This document shows, piece after piece, positions 1-7,882 of a DNA stretch of 57,620 nt. The DNA is from a virus (taxonomy: Duplodnaviria; Caudoviricetes). Position 1 is the first letter of the stretch; the number at the start of each line of letters is the position of its first letter. The notes under the pieces were generated by a model that saw nothing but the letters and a program-made list of their open reading frames with translations, made no database searches and was not told the DNA's origin. A program made the translations under genes and the position numbers. The stretch lies in IMG/VR virus record IMGVR_UViG_3300031951_000180, positions 1 to 57,620 of that record; one strand, written 5' to 3'.

Positions 1-180
1 CAGCTGGGCCGGCTCGATCGATCGCCCGACGTCGTCGGCTGCACCCTGGCTGCGGTCTGCCAGCTGGGCCGGCTCGATCGATCGCCCGACGTCGTCGGCT
101 GCACCCTGGCTGCGGTCTGCCAGCTGGGCCGGCTCGATCGATCGCCCGACGTCGTCGGCTGCACCCTGGCTGCGGTCTGC
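1..180. repeat. Three perfect tandem copies of a 60-bp unit (array may extend beyond the window edge)
   Basis: 1-60, 61-120 and 121-180 are identical (CAGCTGGGCCGGCTCGATCGATCG...GCGGTCTGC); no spacers. Confidence 0.97.
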
Positions 181-297
181 CCCCGACCGTAGCAACCCCG
201 ACCGTAGCAACCAGAACCCCGACCGTAGCAACCCCGACCGTGAAAACCCGGAAATTCTCACGCTACCAAATGTCCATTCGACCCCCGATCGTAGAAA
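181..297 (+). repeat. Iteron-like 15-bp direct repeats CCCCGACCGTAGCAA
   Basis: Exact at 181-195, 196-210, 217-231; variants at 232-246 (CCCCGACCGTGAAAA) and 283-297 (CCCCGATCGTAGAAA). Confidence 0.9.
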
Positions 298-329
298 CCC
301 GCGAAGAAAACGAGAAATAGATTTTAGGC

Positions 330-357
330 TTGACTCTGCAAGTGACGATGCTATTCT
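330..357 (+). promoter_or_regulatory. Sigma70-type early promoter
   Basis: TTGACT (330-335), 16 nt, TATTCT (352-357) with extended -10 TG; AT-rich upstream; just before the first leader. Confidence 0.7.
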
Positions 358-365
358 TACTGCGT

Positions 366-421
366 GGCCGGGAAACCCCGGCCGTGGAAACGAGAACCCC
401 GTAAGAGGAAACGCGACGATG
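366..421 (+). promoter_or_regulatory. Conserved early-gene leader, copy 1 (hairpin-GTGGAAAC-GAGGAAAC-GACGATG)
   Basis: GGCCGGG-AAAC-CCCGGCC hairpin, then GTGGAAAC 384-391; related leaders precede ATGs at 929, 1656, 2032, 2709, 3080, 3641, 4065, 5112. Confidence 0.85.
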
Positions 422-850
422 AAAATTTGGGAACAGGCTGACCGCGGCGGCTGCCAGTGTGGCGATTCGACCTGCGAGCCGCGGTGGCGGTATAGCTGGA
501 TGGTCGATCGTGCATATTCGACCCGGCGTGAAATGGTCGCGCTGGGGTGGAAATGGATCGGCGGGCGCCCGCGTGGCGTATGGGTGACGAATGACGCCGC
601 GGCCGTCGATGCATTCCGCCGGAGGATGGCGGCATCCAACCCCGGCGGCACGATGCCGGAGATCGTGAGCAACGGTACCCATGCGGCGATCGGCGCCCCC
701 ATGCACGACCTGCACGCCGCCCGCGTGGCGCTCGCCCGCGAATACCGCACCGCCGGCCTCGACGCCACCGTCGAAGTCGAGAACTTCGACGCGCTCACCG
801 CGGCCGAGCTGGCCGATGAGGTAGCCTACCTCGCAGACTTTCAAGGCTAG
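419..850 (+). CDS. Hypothetical early protein (143 aa)
   Basis: ORF with conserved leader and GAGGA RBS. Confidence 0.8.
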   Translation: MKIWEQADRGGCQCGDSTCEPRWRYSWMVDRAYSTRREMVALGWKWIGGRPRGVWVTNDAAAVDAFRRRMAASNPGGTMPEIVSNGTHAAIGAPMHDLHAARVALAREYRTAGLDATVEVENFDALTAAELADEVAYLADFQG

Positions 851-928
851 AGCATACTGTTGACGATTACGCTCCGGCCAGCGTGGCCGGAGCGCGGAAA
901 CCCGGAACCCGTAAGAGGAAACGCGACG

Positions 929-1567
929 ATGAAACAGAATGAAATCAAAATCGGGATGGTGGCGGTCGTGAAGGTCGGCGGCCGCCTGGCCCGCGTCACG
1001 GTGCTGCGCGAGCTGCCGACCCGATACGATCGCCGCCGGAAGTTTGCCTGCCTCACGCACGATACCCGTCGCGAGATCACGGCCACCGCGGCCCGTCTGC
1101 GGCCCGCGCCCGGCTCGCCGGAAGATGATGCCAGCCGGAGCCGAGCGGCCGCCGCGGCGGCTCGCAGGAGCCGGCAGGAGGAGCCGCGGGCATTCGCGCT
1201 GCCCGAGGGAATAACGGCCGCCCTCGTCGATGCCCGGCCCGTGCCCGGCATGATCTCCCGAGTCGGTCGCATGCCCGTGATGGCGATTTATGAAACCGAC
1301 CGCGCCGGCGTCGATCGCCTGGTCGATCGCCTGCATTGTGCCGAGTCGGCGGTCGAGGTCTGCCGCCGCATCCGCCGCGGCCTGGAGCGGTTCCAGTGGC
1401 ATACGATCCCGGCCACACTGCGGCGCGCTCTGATGCTCGCCGGCCTGGAGCGCCACGCCGCCAACGGGCAGCTCTACCGGGAAACGATGGGGCACGCCCC
1501 GCTGCCCAGTGAGCGCATGGTGGCCGATGCCGTCGGCATGGCCTGCGGCCTGGGCCGATGCCCGTGA
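929..1567 (+). CDS. Hypothetical early protein (start MKQNEIK)
   Basis: Start moved from 860 to the ATG after the conserved leader; 908-934 is identical to 398-424. Confidence 0.8.
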   Translation: MKQNEIKIGMVAVVKVGGRLARVTVLRELPTRYDRRRKFACLTHDTRREITATAARLRPAPGSPEDDASRSRAAAAAARRSRQEEPRAFALPEGITAALVDARPVPGMISRVGRMPVMAIYETDRAGVDRLVDRLHCAESAVEVCRRIRRGLERFQWHTIPATLRRALMLAGLERHAANGQLYRETMGHAPLPSERMVADAVGMACGLGRCP

Positions 1568-1655
1568 GGCTACAGAAGACGACTAAGGTGGCCGGCGCGG
1601 TGCCGGCCACCCTGGACCGTGGAAACCCGAGAACCCCGATAGAGGAAACGAGACG

Positions 1656-1928
1656 ATGAACACGACCCCGAAGAGCTACCGACTCGAGACGAACGGCGCC
1701 GACGACGGCCTGGAGGATGCGCGGTTCGCCACCCTCGCCGAGGCGCAGGAGCTGGTGACCGCGACGGAATACGGCGGCGACGGCTACCTCGTGCCGAAGA
1801 TCGTGCCGAGCGGCGACGAGCCGAACATCACCGCGGCCGACTTCCTGGCCGCGGCGTGGCCCGAGTATCCCGGCCCATGCCCCGAGGGAACCGATCCCGA
1901 GGACTGGTTCGCCGGCGCGAACGACTGA
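1656..1928 (+). CDS. Small acidic hypothetical protein
   Basis: Conserved leader; D/E-rich 90 aa. Confidence 0.8.
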   Translation: MNTTPKSYRLETNGADDGLEDARFATLAEAQELVTATEYGGDGYLVPKIVPSGDEPNITAADFLAAAWPEYPGPCPEGTDPEDWFAGAND

Positions 1929-2031
1929 CCCGGCCGCCCCTGGTCCCGCCGGCGCCTGCGGCCGGCGGCGAGGGGGATGCCGGCGACGAGCCTGCCCCGT
2001 GGATGGAAACCCCGACCGAGGAAACCAGACG

Positions 2032-2286
2032 ATGCCCAGCTATCTGATCAGATTCGACCGCGGCGGCGACGACGAGCGCTTCGATGCCGTCACCGACGAT
2101 GCCGCCCGCGATTACGTTCGCGAGCTGCTGCTCGACGAGGGCGCCGAAGAGGGCGACGGCGGATGCCTCTACCGCTGCGACGAGGGCGGCCGAGGCGAGG
2201 AGGAGTTCGTGGCCGAGGTTCGCCTGGGTGACGACGCAGAGCCGATCGACGACCCCTACTGCGCTGGCTGGGGGGGCAACGAATGA
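2032..2286 (+). CDS. Very acidic hypothetical protein (start MPSYLIRF)
   Basis: Leader GAGGAAACCAGACGATG; highly D/E-rich. Confidence 0.8.
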   Translation: MPSYLIRFDRGGDDERFDAVTDDAARDYVRELLLDEGAEEGDGGCLYRCDEGGRGEEEFVAEVRLGDDAEPIDDPYCAGWGGNE

Positions 2287-2597
2287 CCCCGACCGCAGAA
2301 ACCTACCAGCTCTCCCCGCGCATCGCGCTCGCCCCCGGCGACGTCTTCCGCGTGGCCGGCGGCCCCTACTACCGCCTTGCAGACGGCCGCCGCGTGCCGA
2401 TGGCTGCCCGCGGCACCTTCCGCCTGGTGGAGGTCGTGCGGCAGCGGAGCCGCGTGTATCTGCTGGGCTACGGCCGCGAGGGCTGGGCGCTGCTGCACGT
2501 CGAGGGCCGCCGGCGGTCGGCGGTGCCGGGCCTCGTGGCTCGCCCGTATCGCGTGCGGCGGCTGAAAAAAATTCCGGCGGCGCGCAAGACGAATTGA
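2283..2597 (+). CDS. Basic hypothetical protein
   Basis: ATGA overlap with upstream stop. Confidence 0.7.
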   Translation: MTPTAETYQLSPRIALAPGDVFRVAGGPYYRLADGRRVPMAARGTFRLVEVVRQRSRVYLLGYGREGWALLHVEGRRRSAVPGLVARPYRVRRLKKIPAARKTN

Positions 2598-2622
2598 CTA
2601 CTGGCGTAATTAAGTCTAGAGT
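2594..2622 (+). promoter_or_regulatory. Sigma70-type promoter
   Basis: TTGACT (2594-2599), 17 nt, TAGAGT (2617-2622) in an AT-rich patch. Confidence 0.65.
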
Positions 2623-2708
2623 TAGCACAGTCAGTGACGATACAAAGCAGGGGCGACGTCGCCCCGAACGTGGAAACGAGCACTACCCCCGAGTGGAGGA
2701 ACGCGACG

Positions 2709-2984
2709 ATGGGAGCCATGAAACGGTTTTACGAGGATTGTGCGGAGGCTGGCCGGTGCCCGCTGACGCGGGAGACGTTCGACTGGCTGGATGACGTCGA
2801 GTGCCTGCACCAGCTCGACTGGATCGGCTACTGCGAGCACGACCTGTTCGACGCCTCTGGCCGGATGATCGGCTACGAGGACTGCATCACGATGGAGTCG
2901 GCTCGCCGGCTCGTGGCCGAGGGGCTGGCGAACGACGAGATCAAGTTTTTTGTGGAGTGCTTCGGGGACTACTGCCCCGTCTGA
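2709..2984 (+). CDS. Acidic Cys-containing hypothetical protein (start MGAMKRF)
   Basis: Conserved leader ending GGAGGAACGCGACGATG. Confidence 0.75.
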   Translation: MGAMKRFYEDCAEAGRCPLTRETFDWLDDVECLHQLDWIGYCEHDLFDASGRMIGYEDCITMESARRLVAEGLANDEIKFFVECFGDYCPV

Positions 2985-3073
2985 CGACTGCCGCCCCGGC
3001 TCGTTGCCTGGGCGGTGCGATTGAGCGATGATTTCACCAGACCCCCGGATGGGGGAACGAGAAGGAAAAGGGG

Positions 3074-3532
3074 ATGACGATGATGACGCACGAAAACCTG
3101 ACCTGGCACCAGCTCCCGCGCGATGCGGGGCAGATTGTGGACGTGACCTACGCCGCCGACTGGGAGAGCGGCACGCTCTACCGTCGCTCGCACGATCGCA
3201 GCGACGGCGAGCAAAGCATCGAGGCTGCGACGATCACGGGCGGCGTGTTCGAGCCGCAGAACGGCATCCTGCCGGATGTCAGCGAGTGGGTGACCGGCGA
3301 AGCGGTGTACGAGTGGACGATCCGCACCGACGCCGGCACAACGACCGTCACGGCCCCCGACGCCGACGCCGCTGCGGTGGCCTGGGCGGCCGGCGAGGGC
3401 GTGGCCGGAGTGCATGACCTTGGCTCGCTGATCTCGCACATTGAGGGCATCGACGGCGCGTGGCTGTGGATCGAGAGCACGATGGCGCCGGACGGCGAGC
3501 GAGTCTACGCCGGCCGCGAGAATATGCCCTGA
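3074..3532 (+). CDS. Hypothetical protein (start may be 3080)
   Basis: Purine-rich RBS; GACGATG leader end at 3080. Confidence 0.8.
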   Translation: MTMMTHENLTWHQLPRDAGQIVDVTYAADWESGTLYRRSHDRSDGEQSIEAATITGGVFEPQNGILPDVSEWVTGEAVYEWTIRTDAGTTTVTAPDADAAAVAWAAGEGVAGVHDLGSLISHIEGIDGAWLWIESTMAPDGERVYAGRENMP

Positions 3533-3640
3533 CGACCCGCCCGCAACCCCCGCCCGGCGAAACGCTGGCACGGGGGCGACGGGCGGGCCGACGCGGCCCC
3601 GAGCGTGGAAACCTAAACACTAGAGACGAGGAGAACGACG

Positions 3641-4018
3641 ATGGACTACACGATTCAGCGCGAGAACGGAGCGGCCGTCAGCGCCTCTTATCAAGAGGCT
3701 GAGATGATCGAGGCCGCGACCCTGCGGTGGACGGGAGCCGCCGACCTGCCGGACGGCACCGAGTTCGCTGTCCTTGAGTTCGGCGGCGTGAAGTTCAAGG
3801 TGTATCGGTCTGCCGCTCCGGCGGCCGTGCGAGTGGTCTACTGGGCCGGCACGACGCAGGTCGAGGCCGAGGCGAGCACCTACGCCGAGGCGACCGCGCT
3901 TGCGGCGAAGAACCGGAACGCTCACGACCCCAGCTTCTACCAAATCGCCACGGGCAAAGAGCTGTTCGACGACGGCCGCGGCCTCCGCGGCGAGGATGAC
4001 GAGTTCTATACGGTCTGA
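3641..4018 (+). CDS. Hypothetical protein
   Basis: Conserved leader, GAGGAG RBS. Confidence 0.8.
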   Translation: MDYTIQRENGAAVSASYQEAEMIEAATLRWTGAADLPDGTEFAVLEFGGVKFKVYRSAAPAAVRVVYWAGTTQVEAEASTYAEATALAAKNRNAHDPSFYQIATGKELFDDGRGLRGEDDEFYTV

Positions 4019-4064
4019 TTCACACTGCCGCCCCCCGAGCGGCGAAACCAGAGGAGAGAAGACG

Positions 4065-4427
4065 ATGCGAGTCACGAGGCGAAAAGTTCCTGGCGAGGAG
4101 CGGTGGATCGTCAAGCTTGACGGCACCGCGGTGGGTGAGGTGCGCGTTCAGAACACGGCGGGCGGCACGTTCATGCCGTATCGCCCGTATCGCTACACCG
4201 ACAAGGTTGCGGATGACGGAGACAGCGTACTTCGGGCGCTTACTGCCCAGAGCACGCTGGATGGCGCCGTGGAGGCTCTGGCGATCGCCGGCAGGAAGCC
4301 GGCCAGTGCGGCAGTCAGTGATCGCGTGACGTTCGTTGGAGTTGGCATGGGCCAGAAAAAGACCGACGAGTACGCCGCCGGCATCCGCCGGCGGATGCTT
4401 GACGACCAGAATGGAGGCGACCGATGA
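4065..4427 (+). CDS. Hypothetical protein (start MRVTRRK)
   Basis: GAGGAGAGAAGACGATG leader. Confidence 0.75.
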   Translation: MRVTRRKVPGEERWIVKLDGTAVGEVRVQNTAGGTFMPYRPYRYTDKVADDGDSVLRALTAQSTLDGAVEALAIAGRKPASAAVSDRVTFVGVGMGQKKTDEYAAGIRRRMLDDQNGGDR

Positions 4428-4801
4428 TCTACTGGATTCTGTCCGACGTCGCCGGCGAGCATGGCCGGCGGCACGATGGTGACTGGGAGCCGCTCACGAA
4501 GCGTGATCCTGCGAGCGACGAGGTGGAGCGGTTCCACCGGCACCGCGATGCCGCGGCGAAGGCGAAGAAGCTCAAGGCGAAGGGCTGCCACTGCAAGCCG
4601 CTGCGGCAGGAGGGCGTCGTGTTCTTCTGGCGGCTGCCCGAGCGGGCCGGCGAGAGCGATCTCGTCGATATCGTCGAGTTCCGGTCGGCACGGCAGGCGG
4701 CGGCCTGGCAGAAGCGGGCCGTGGCCGAGGGCTGCGAGGTGATCGAGTGCCTGGGGGCGGCGAAGGCCCGTCCGGCGAAACGGAAGGGAGCCAAGAAATG
4801 A
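4424..4801 (+). CDS. Hypothetical protein
   Basis: GGAGG RBS, ATGA overlap. Confidence 0.75.
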   Translation: MIYWILSDVAGEHGRRHDGDWEPLTKRDPASDEVERFHRHRDAAAKAKKLKAKGCHCKPLRQEGVVFFWRLPERAGESDLVDIVEFRSARQAAAWQKRAVAEGCEVIECLGAAKARPAKRKGAKK

Positions 4802-4992
4802 CCAACCGCGTCACCCCCTACGAGGCCGGCTGGCTCACGCTGCTGGTGCGGCAGGGCATCTGCTCCGAAGACGAGGCTCGAGCGGCCTTTAACAGGGTCG
4901 CGCAGGCCGCCATCGACCAGCTCGAGGCCCGCCGGGCGGCGAAACGAGAATTGCGCCGCAGGCTCAAGAAACGGAAGCCCAAAGACGAGTAA
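4798..4992 (+). CDS. Small hypothetical protein (start MTNRVTP)
   Basis: ATGA overlap, GGGAG RBS. Confidence 0.65.
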   Translation: MTNRVTPYEAGWLTLLVRQGICSEDEARAAFNRVAQAAIDQLEARRAAKRELRRRLKKRKPKDE

Positions 4993-5111
4993 TTGCCTAC
5001 AGGTCAGCAGTACGGATAACCTACAGGCCAGCGTTACGCCGCGGACGCTGGCCGCCGGCAGGGGCGATGGACGCCCCCGACCGGAGAAACGAGCGGCAGG
5101 AGGATCGAAGC

Positions 5112-5420
5112 ATGGAAGGTGAGAAGATGTTCAAGGCGATCGCGTTCGTCGGCGACCGCGGCGAGCCTCGCGCCCACGTCGATGAGGTGACGATCATTGC
5201 CCGCGAGGATGACCGGATGCTGTTCGAGAACGAGCACGGCACGCGGCACTGGACGCACCCGTTCATCACCTGCGAGTCGATGCACCAGACGCGAGAAGCC
5301 GCCGAACTCTGGTGCGCCGACCGCCTGGAGGCCGAGGCGGCGCCGACGCTCGCCCTTGTCGCCAAGCTCCGCGAGCAGGCCGCCGCCCGCGTTGCCCGCG
5401 AGGAGGTCGTGAGCGTATGA
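5112..5420 (+). CDS. Hypothetical protein (start MEGEKMF)
   Basis: AGGAGG RBS; upstream hairpin with ATGGA loop. Confidence 0.7.
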   Translation: MEGEKMFKAIAFVGDRGEPRAHVDEVTIIAREDDRMLFENEHGTRHWTHPFITCESMHQTREAAELWCADRLEAEAAPTLALVAKLREQAAARVAREEVVSV

Positions 5421-5680
5421 TTGACCTAGCCCGTGACACCTGGCGAGCCGTGCTCGTCGTGATCGTCGCCGTGCTGCTCCGCGAGGTCTTCGCAGAGCGG
5501 CCGGCGGCGGCACCGGCACCCCCGACCGTGCCAACGAATGTGCAGTTTCAAGCCATGCCGGCGTGGCCGCAGCCGCAGCCCCCTGCGTGGCAACCAGTGG
5601 AACCTGACCGACCGCTGCGGCGCGTGGCCGCGGCATTGACCGAACTGGGAGACAGCGTGATAGGAGTCGTGCGACGATGA
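5417..5680 (+). CDS. Small membrane-anchored Pro/Gln-rich protein
   Basis: AVLVVIVAVLL hydrophobic segment; ATGA overlaps at both ends. Confidence 0.65.
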   Translation: MIDLARDTWRAVLVVIVAVLLREVFAERPAAAPAPPTVPTNVQFQAMPAWPQPQPPAWQPVEPDRPLRRVAAALTELGDSVIGVVRR

Positions 5681-5958
5681 GCAAAATAGACACAAGCCAG
5701 TATCTGACGATCGACGAGGCCGCCGAGGCCGTCGGCTGCAACCGGCGGGCACTGTACCGCTGCTTTCATCGCGTCGGCATCGACACCGTCACGACGATGC
5801 TCTTCGGCAAGAGGCTCGTGCTGCGGAACAAGCTCGACCTGATCAAGGCGAACTATTTCCCCTACTACTCAGAGACGCATCAGGCGATGGTGAAGACCTG
5901 GGGGGCGGCCGGCGGAACGGCGAAGGCGGCGAATCGGCGGAAGGCGCAGCAGGGCTAG
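5677..5958 (+). CDS. Excisionase/MerR-like HTH DNA-binding protein
   Basis: YLTIDEAAEAVGCNRRALYR helix-turn-helix. Confidence 0.7.
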   Translation: MSKIDTSQYLTIDEAAEAVGCNRRALYRCFHRVGIDTVTTMLFGKRLVLRNKLDLIKANYFPYYSETHQAMVKTWGAAGGTAKAANRRKAQQG

Positions 5959-6248
5959 CGCAGCCGATCCAAAGCGTGGCGACGCGAGTGGCAGGAGCGG
6001 TGGACGAGCCGCAGATTCTCAAGCTCGTCGCCACCACCGTCGGCCTTCTCTTTGATGTGATCTATATGGGCGTCTCTGTCGTCACCCTGCACCAGTTTGA
6101 AACACAACTGACAGACACCCCCGTCGCGGGCGATCACGGCGAGCCTGGTGCGCTGCCACGCGGCCGTGCCGTAGCCCCGCTGGGCTGAGTTGGGCCGCCG
6201 CTCGACGAGCCGCCGTCGTGGCCTAAACGTCGGGATTCGCCGAGGCAT
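5955..6248 (-). CDS. HNH endonuclease (HK97 gp74-like)
   Basis: RDGGVCQLC...HIDHI...GG...NLRLVHRSCHSRRH. Confidence 0.9.
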   Translation of the reverse strand: MPRRIPTFRPRRRLVERRPNSAQRGYGTAAWQRTRLAVIARDGGVCQLCFKLVQGDDRDAHIDHIKEKADGGGDELENLRLVHRSCHSRRHALDRLR

Positions 6249-6558
6249 TTTTGGCCCACCCGGCCATGAGAACGCGATGGCTGTTCCGCGAGAACCACCA
6301 TTCGATGACGAGCTTCACGATCACGTTGATAAACGCCGACAAGACGATCATTCCGAGAACGCTGCCGTAACGCTTCCTAGCCTTCAGGCGGATGCGGGCG
6401 CGGACGACGTCTTCGACCTGCTCGAGCGGGCAGTCGGTCGGCCAGTCGGCGACGATCTGCTCGACGATGGAGTCGCGCAGGCCACCGTGCATGGCAAGAC
6501 GGAAGCCGCCGCGGCGGGCGACGTAGTCTTTCAACGGACGATAGTGCGCGTCGTGCAT
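6223..6558 (-). CDS. Membrane protein (start MHDAHYR)
   Basis: TM segment VLGMIVLSAFINVIVKLVIEWW; fills the gap between neighbours. Confidence 0.65.
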   Translation of the reverse strand: MHDAHYRPLKDYVARRGGFRLAMHGGLRDSIVEQIVADWPTDCPLEQVEDVVRARIRLKARKRYGSVLGMIVLSAFINVIVKLVIEWWFSRNSHRVLMAGWAKNASANPDV

Positions 6559-6881
6559 GTGCCGCTCGTGCAAGTGGGTGATACGCGGATCGTGGAGGCC
6601 GGAGGCGCCGGCGGTGCGACGAGCACGCTCTTCTTTTTCTTCCCGGTGCCGCCACAATCGGTGCAGGTCATTCGGACTTGGCTTACATCGCCCACGACCC
6701 CGCTGCCGTGGCACGATTCGCAAACGTCCGACAGGGGCTTCGGTGCGGCCTTATCGGCCTCGGCTGCAAGGATTGAGTAGTAGCCGGTGACGGCGATGAG
6801 CGGCTCGATGTCGCTCGTATCGGCCGGCGGCATGGTGCAGCCGCCGATCATCACGATGGCGGCGAAGACGACGGTTCTCAT
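6531..6881 (-). CDS. Putative lipoprotein with DnaJ-like CxxCxGxG zinc finger
   Basis: MRTVVFAAIVMIGGC lipobox-like; CESCHGSG and CTDCGGTG. Confidence 0.65.
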   Translation of the reverse strand: MRTVVFAAIVMIGGCTMPPADTSDIEPLIAVTGYYSILAAEADKAAPKPLSDVCESCHGSGVVGDVSQVRMTCTDCGGTGKKKKSVLVAPPAPPASTIRVSPTCTSGTCTTRTIVR

Positions 6882-7882
6882 ATGTTCCCCGTCGCCCCGT
6901 AGGTGGTGTGCTTCCGACGAGGCCAGCCGGCGACGCTTGATAGCGCGATGCACTGGCAGCGGTCGATCGTGCTCGCCAACGCCCAGAAGGCGCCGTGCGG
7001 AATGTCGATGTCGGTGCCGCGGACGCGGCGCGGGCCGGAGTTCCAGCTTTTTCCCCATGAATTCTGCCACCCCACCAGCGGCTGGCCGTATTTCTTCACA
7101 GTCTCTGGCCGGTCGTCATACGAGTGGAAGAGTTGCGCATGATGCCAGACCGTCGTGACGCGACTGAATCCGTCCTCGTTTCTCGTCCGCTCGAAGCCCA
7201 ACGCCGAACAGTTAAACACGCCATATCCGGCGGCGAGGAAGTCACGCACCTGCTCGCGGCCACGAACGAACGTCGCGGTTCTGGCAACGTGCTTCTTACT
7301 CTCCTCGAGCCACTTGTCGCTCGGCTTGCGAGCACCGCCGAGCTGGAGCGTTTGGTTCGTGTAGTTCGTCAGGTCGATGCCGAGGTTCTGATATGGCTTC
7401 CGAATCAAGAAGCCCTGCTCCGACGCGACCTTCGCCGCCTCCGAACAGACCCAGCCATCCCCAGAATATCCACGCCAAGCCCACAGGCTTTCAGAAGCGA
7501 CAACCCCCGCTCGGATGCCGGCCTCCGGCAACTCAGGCGGGCCTTCGGCGCGACCCGTCACCTCGTCAGGCTTGCCTTCGGCGATCTCCATGCCGAGCGA
7601 CGTCAGCAAACAGTTCGAGGCTGCTCGAGCGACGCAGTCGCCGGTCAACTGTGCCGGGCCTGGGAAGCACTCAGGGAATACTTCCATCACCTTCGGAAAC
7701 AGCAGCGTCAGCTTCCCCTCGCCTTTGCCGGCGAACTCCCATTCATGGGCGATATTGCCGCCGTCGGGGTCGCCGCCGTGACGGATTATGTAATCCGCGA
7801 ACATCTCGTCGGCGCGTGGGTTAGCACGGCAGCCGACGAGGCCGGCGGAATACGCACTCAGCGGATCGAATTCATTCGCCAT
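6878..7882 (-). CDS. Papain-like (C1) cysteine peptidase
   Basis: QLTGDC (oxyanion Gln, catalytic Cys), WHHAQ (His), QNSWG (Asn). Confidence 0.85.
   Translation of the reverse strand: MANEFDPLSAYSAGLVGCRANPRADEMFADYIIRHGGDPDGGNIAHEWEFAGKGEGKLTLLFPKVMEVFPECFPGPAQLTGDCVARAASNCLLTSLGMEIAEGKPDEVTGRAEGPPELPEAGIRAGVVASESLWAWRGYSGDGWVCSEAAKVASEQGFLIRKPYQNLGIDLTNYTNQTLQLGGARKPSDKWLEESKKHVARTATFVRGREQVRDFLAAGYGVFNCSALGFERTRNEDGFSRVTTVWHHAQLFHSYDDRPETVKKYGQPLVGWQNSWGKSWNSGPRRVRGTDIDIPHGAFWALASTIDRCQCIALSSVAGWPRRKHTTYGATGNI

Noticed and set aside
1-297. CRISPR array
   Set aside because: Repeats are head-to-tail with no unique spacers, and no cas genes were recognised
263-1495. 410-aa minus-strand ORF, and similar long antisense ORFs (20166..21548, 35353..36294, 50235..51539, 51555..53021)
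   Set aside because: Shadow ORFs opposite well-supported genes, as expected in high-GC DNA; no motifs or RBS
366-5114. Integron attC cassette array
   Set aside because: No GTTRRRY/RYYYAAC boxes; the repeats are RBS-containing leaders, and the recombinases show no IntI-type features that I could see
6531-6881. DnaJ chaperone
   Set aside because: Only two CxxCxGxG motifs, with no J-domain HPD
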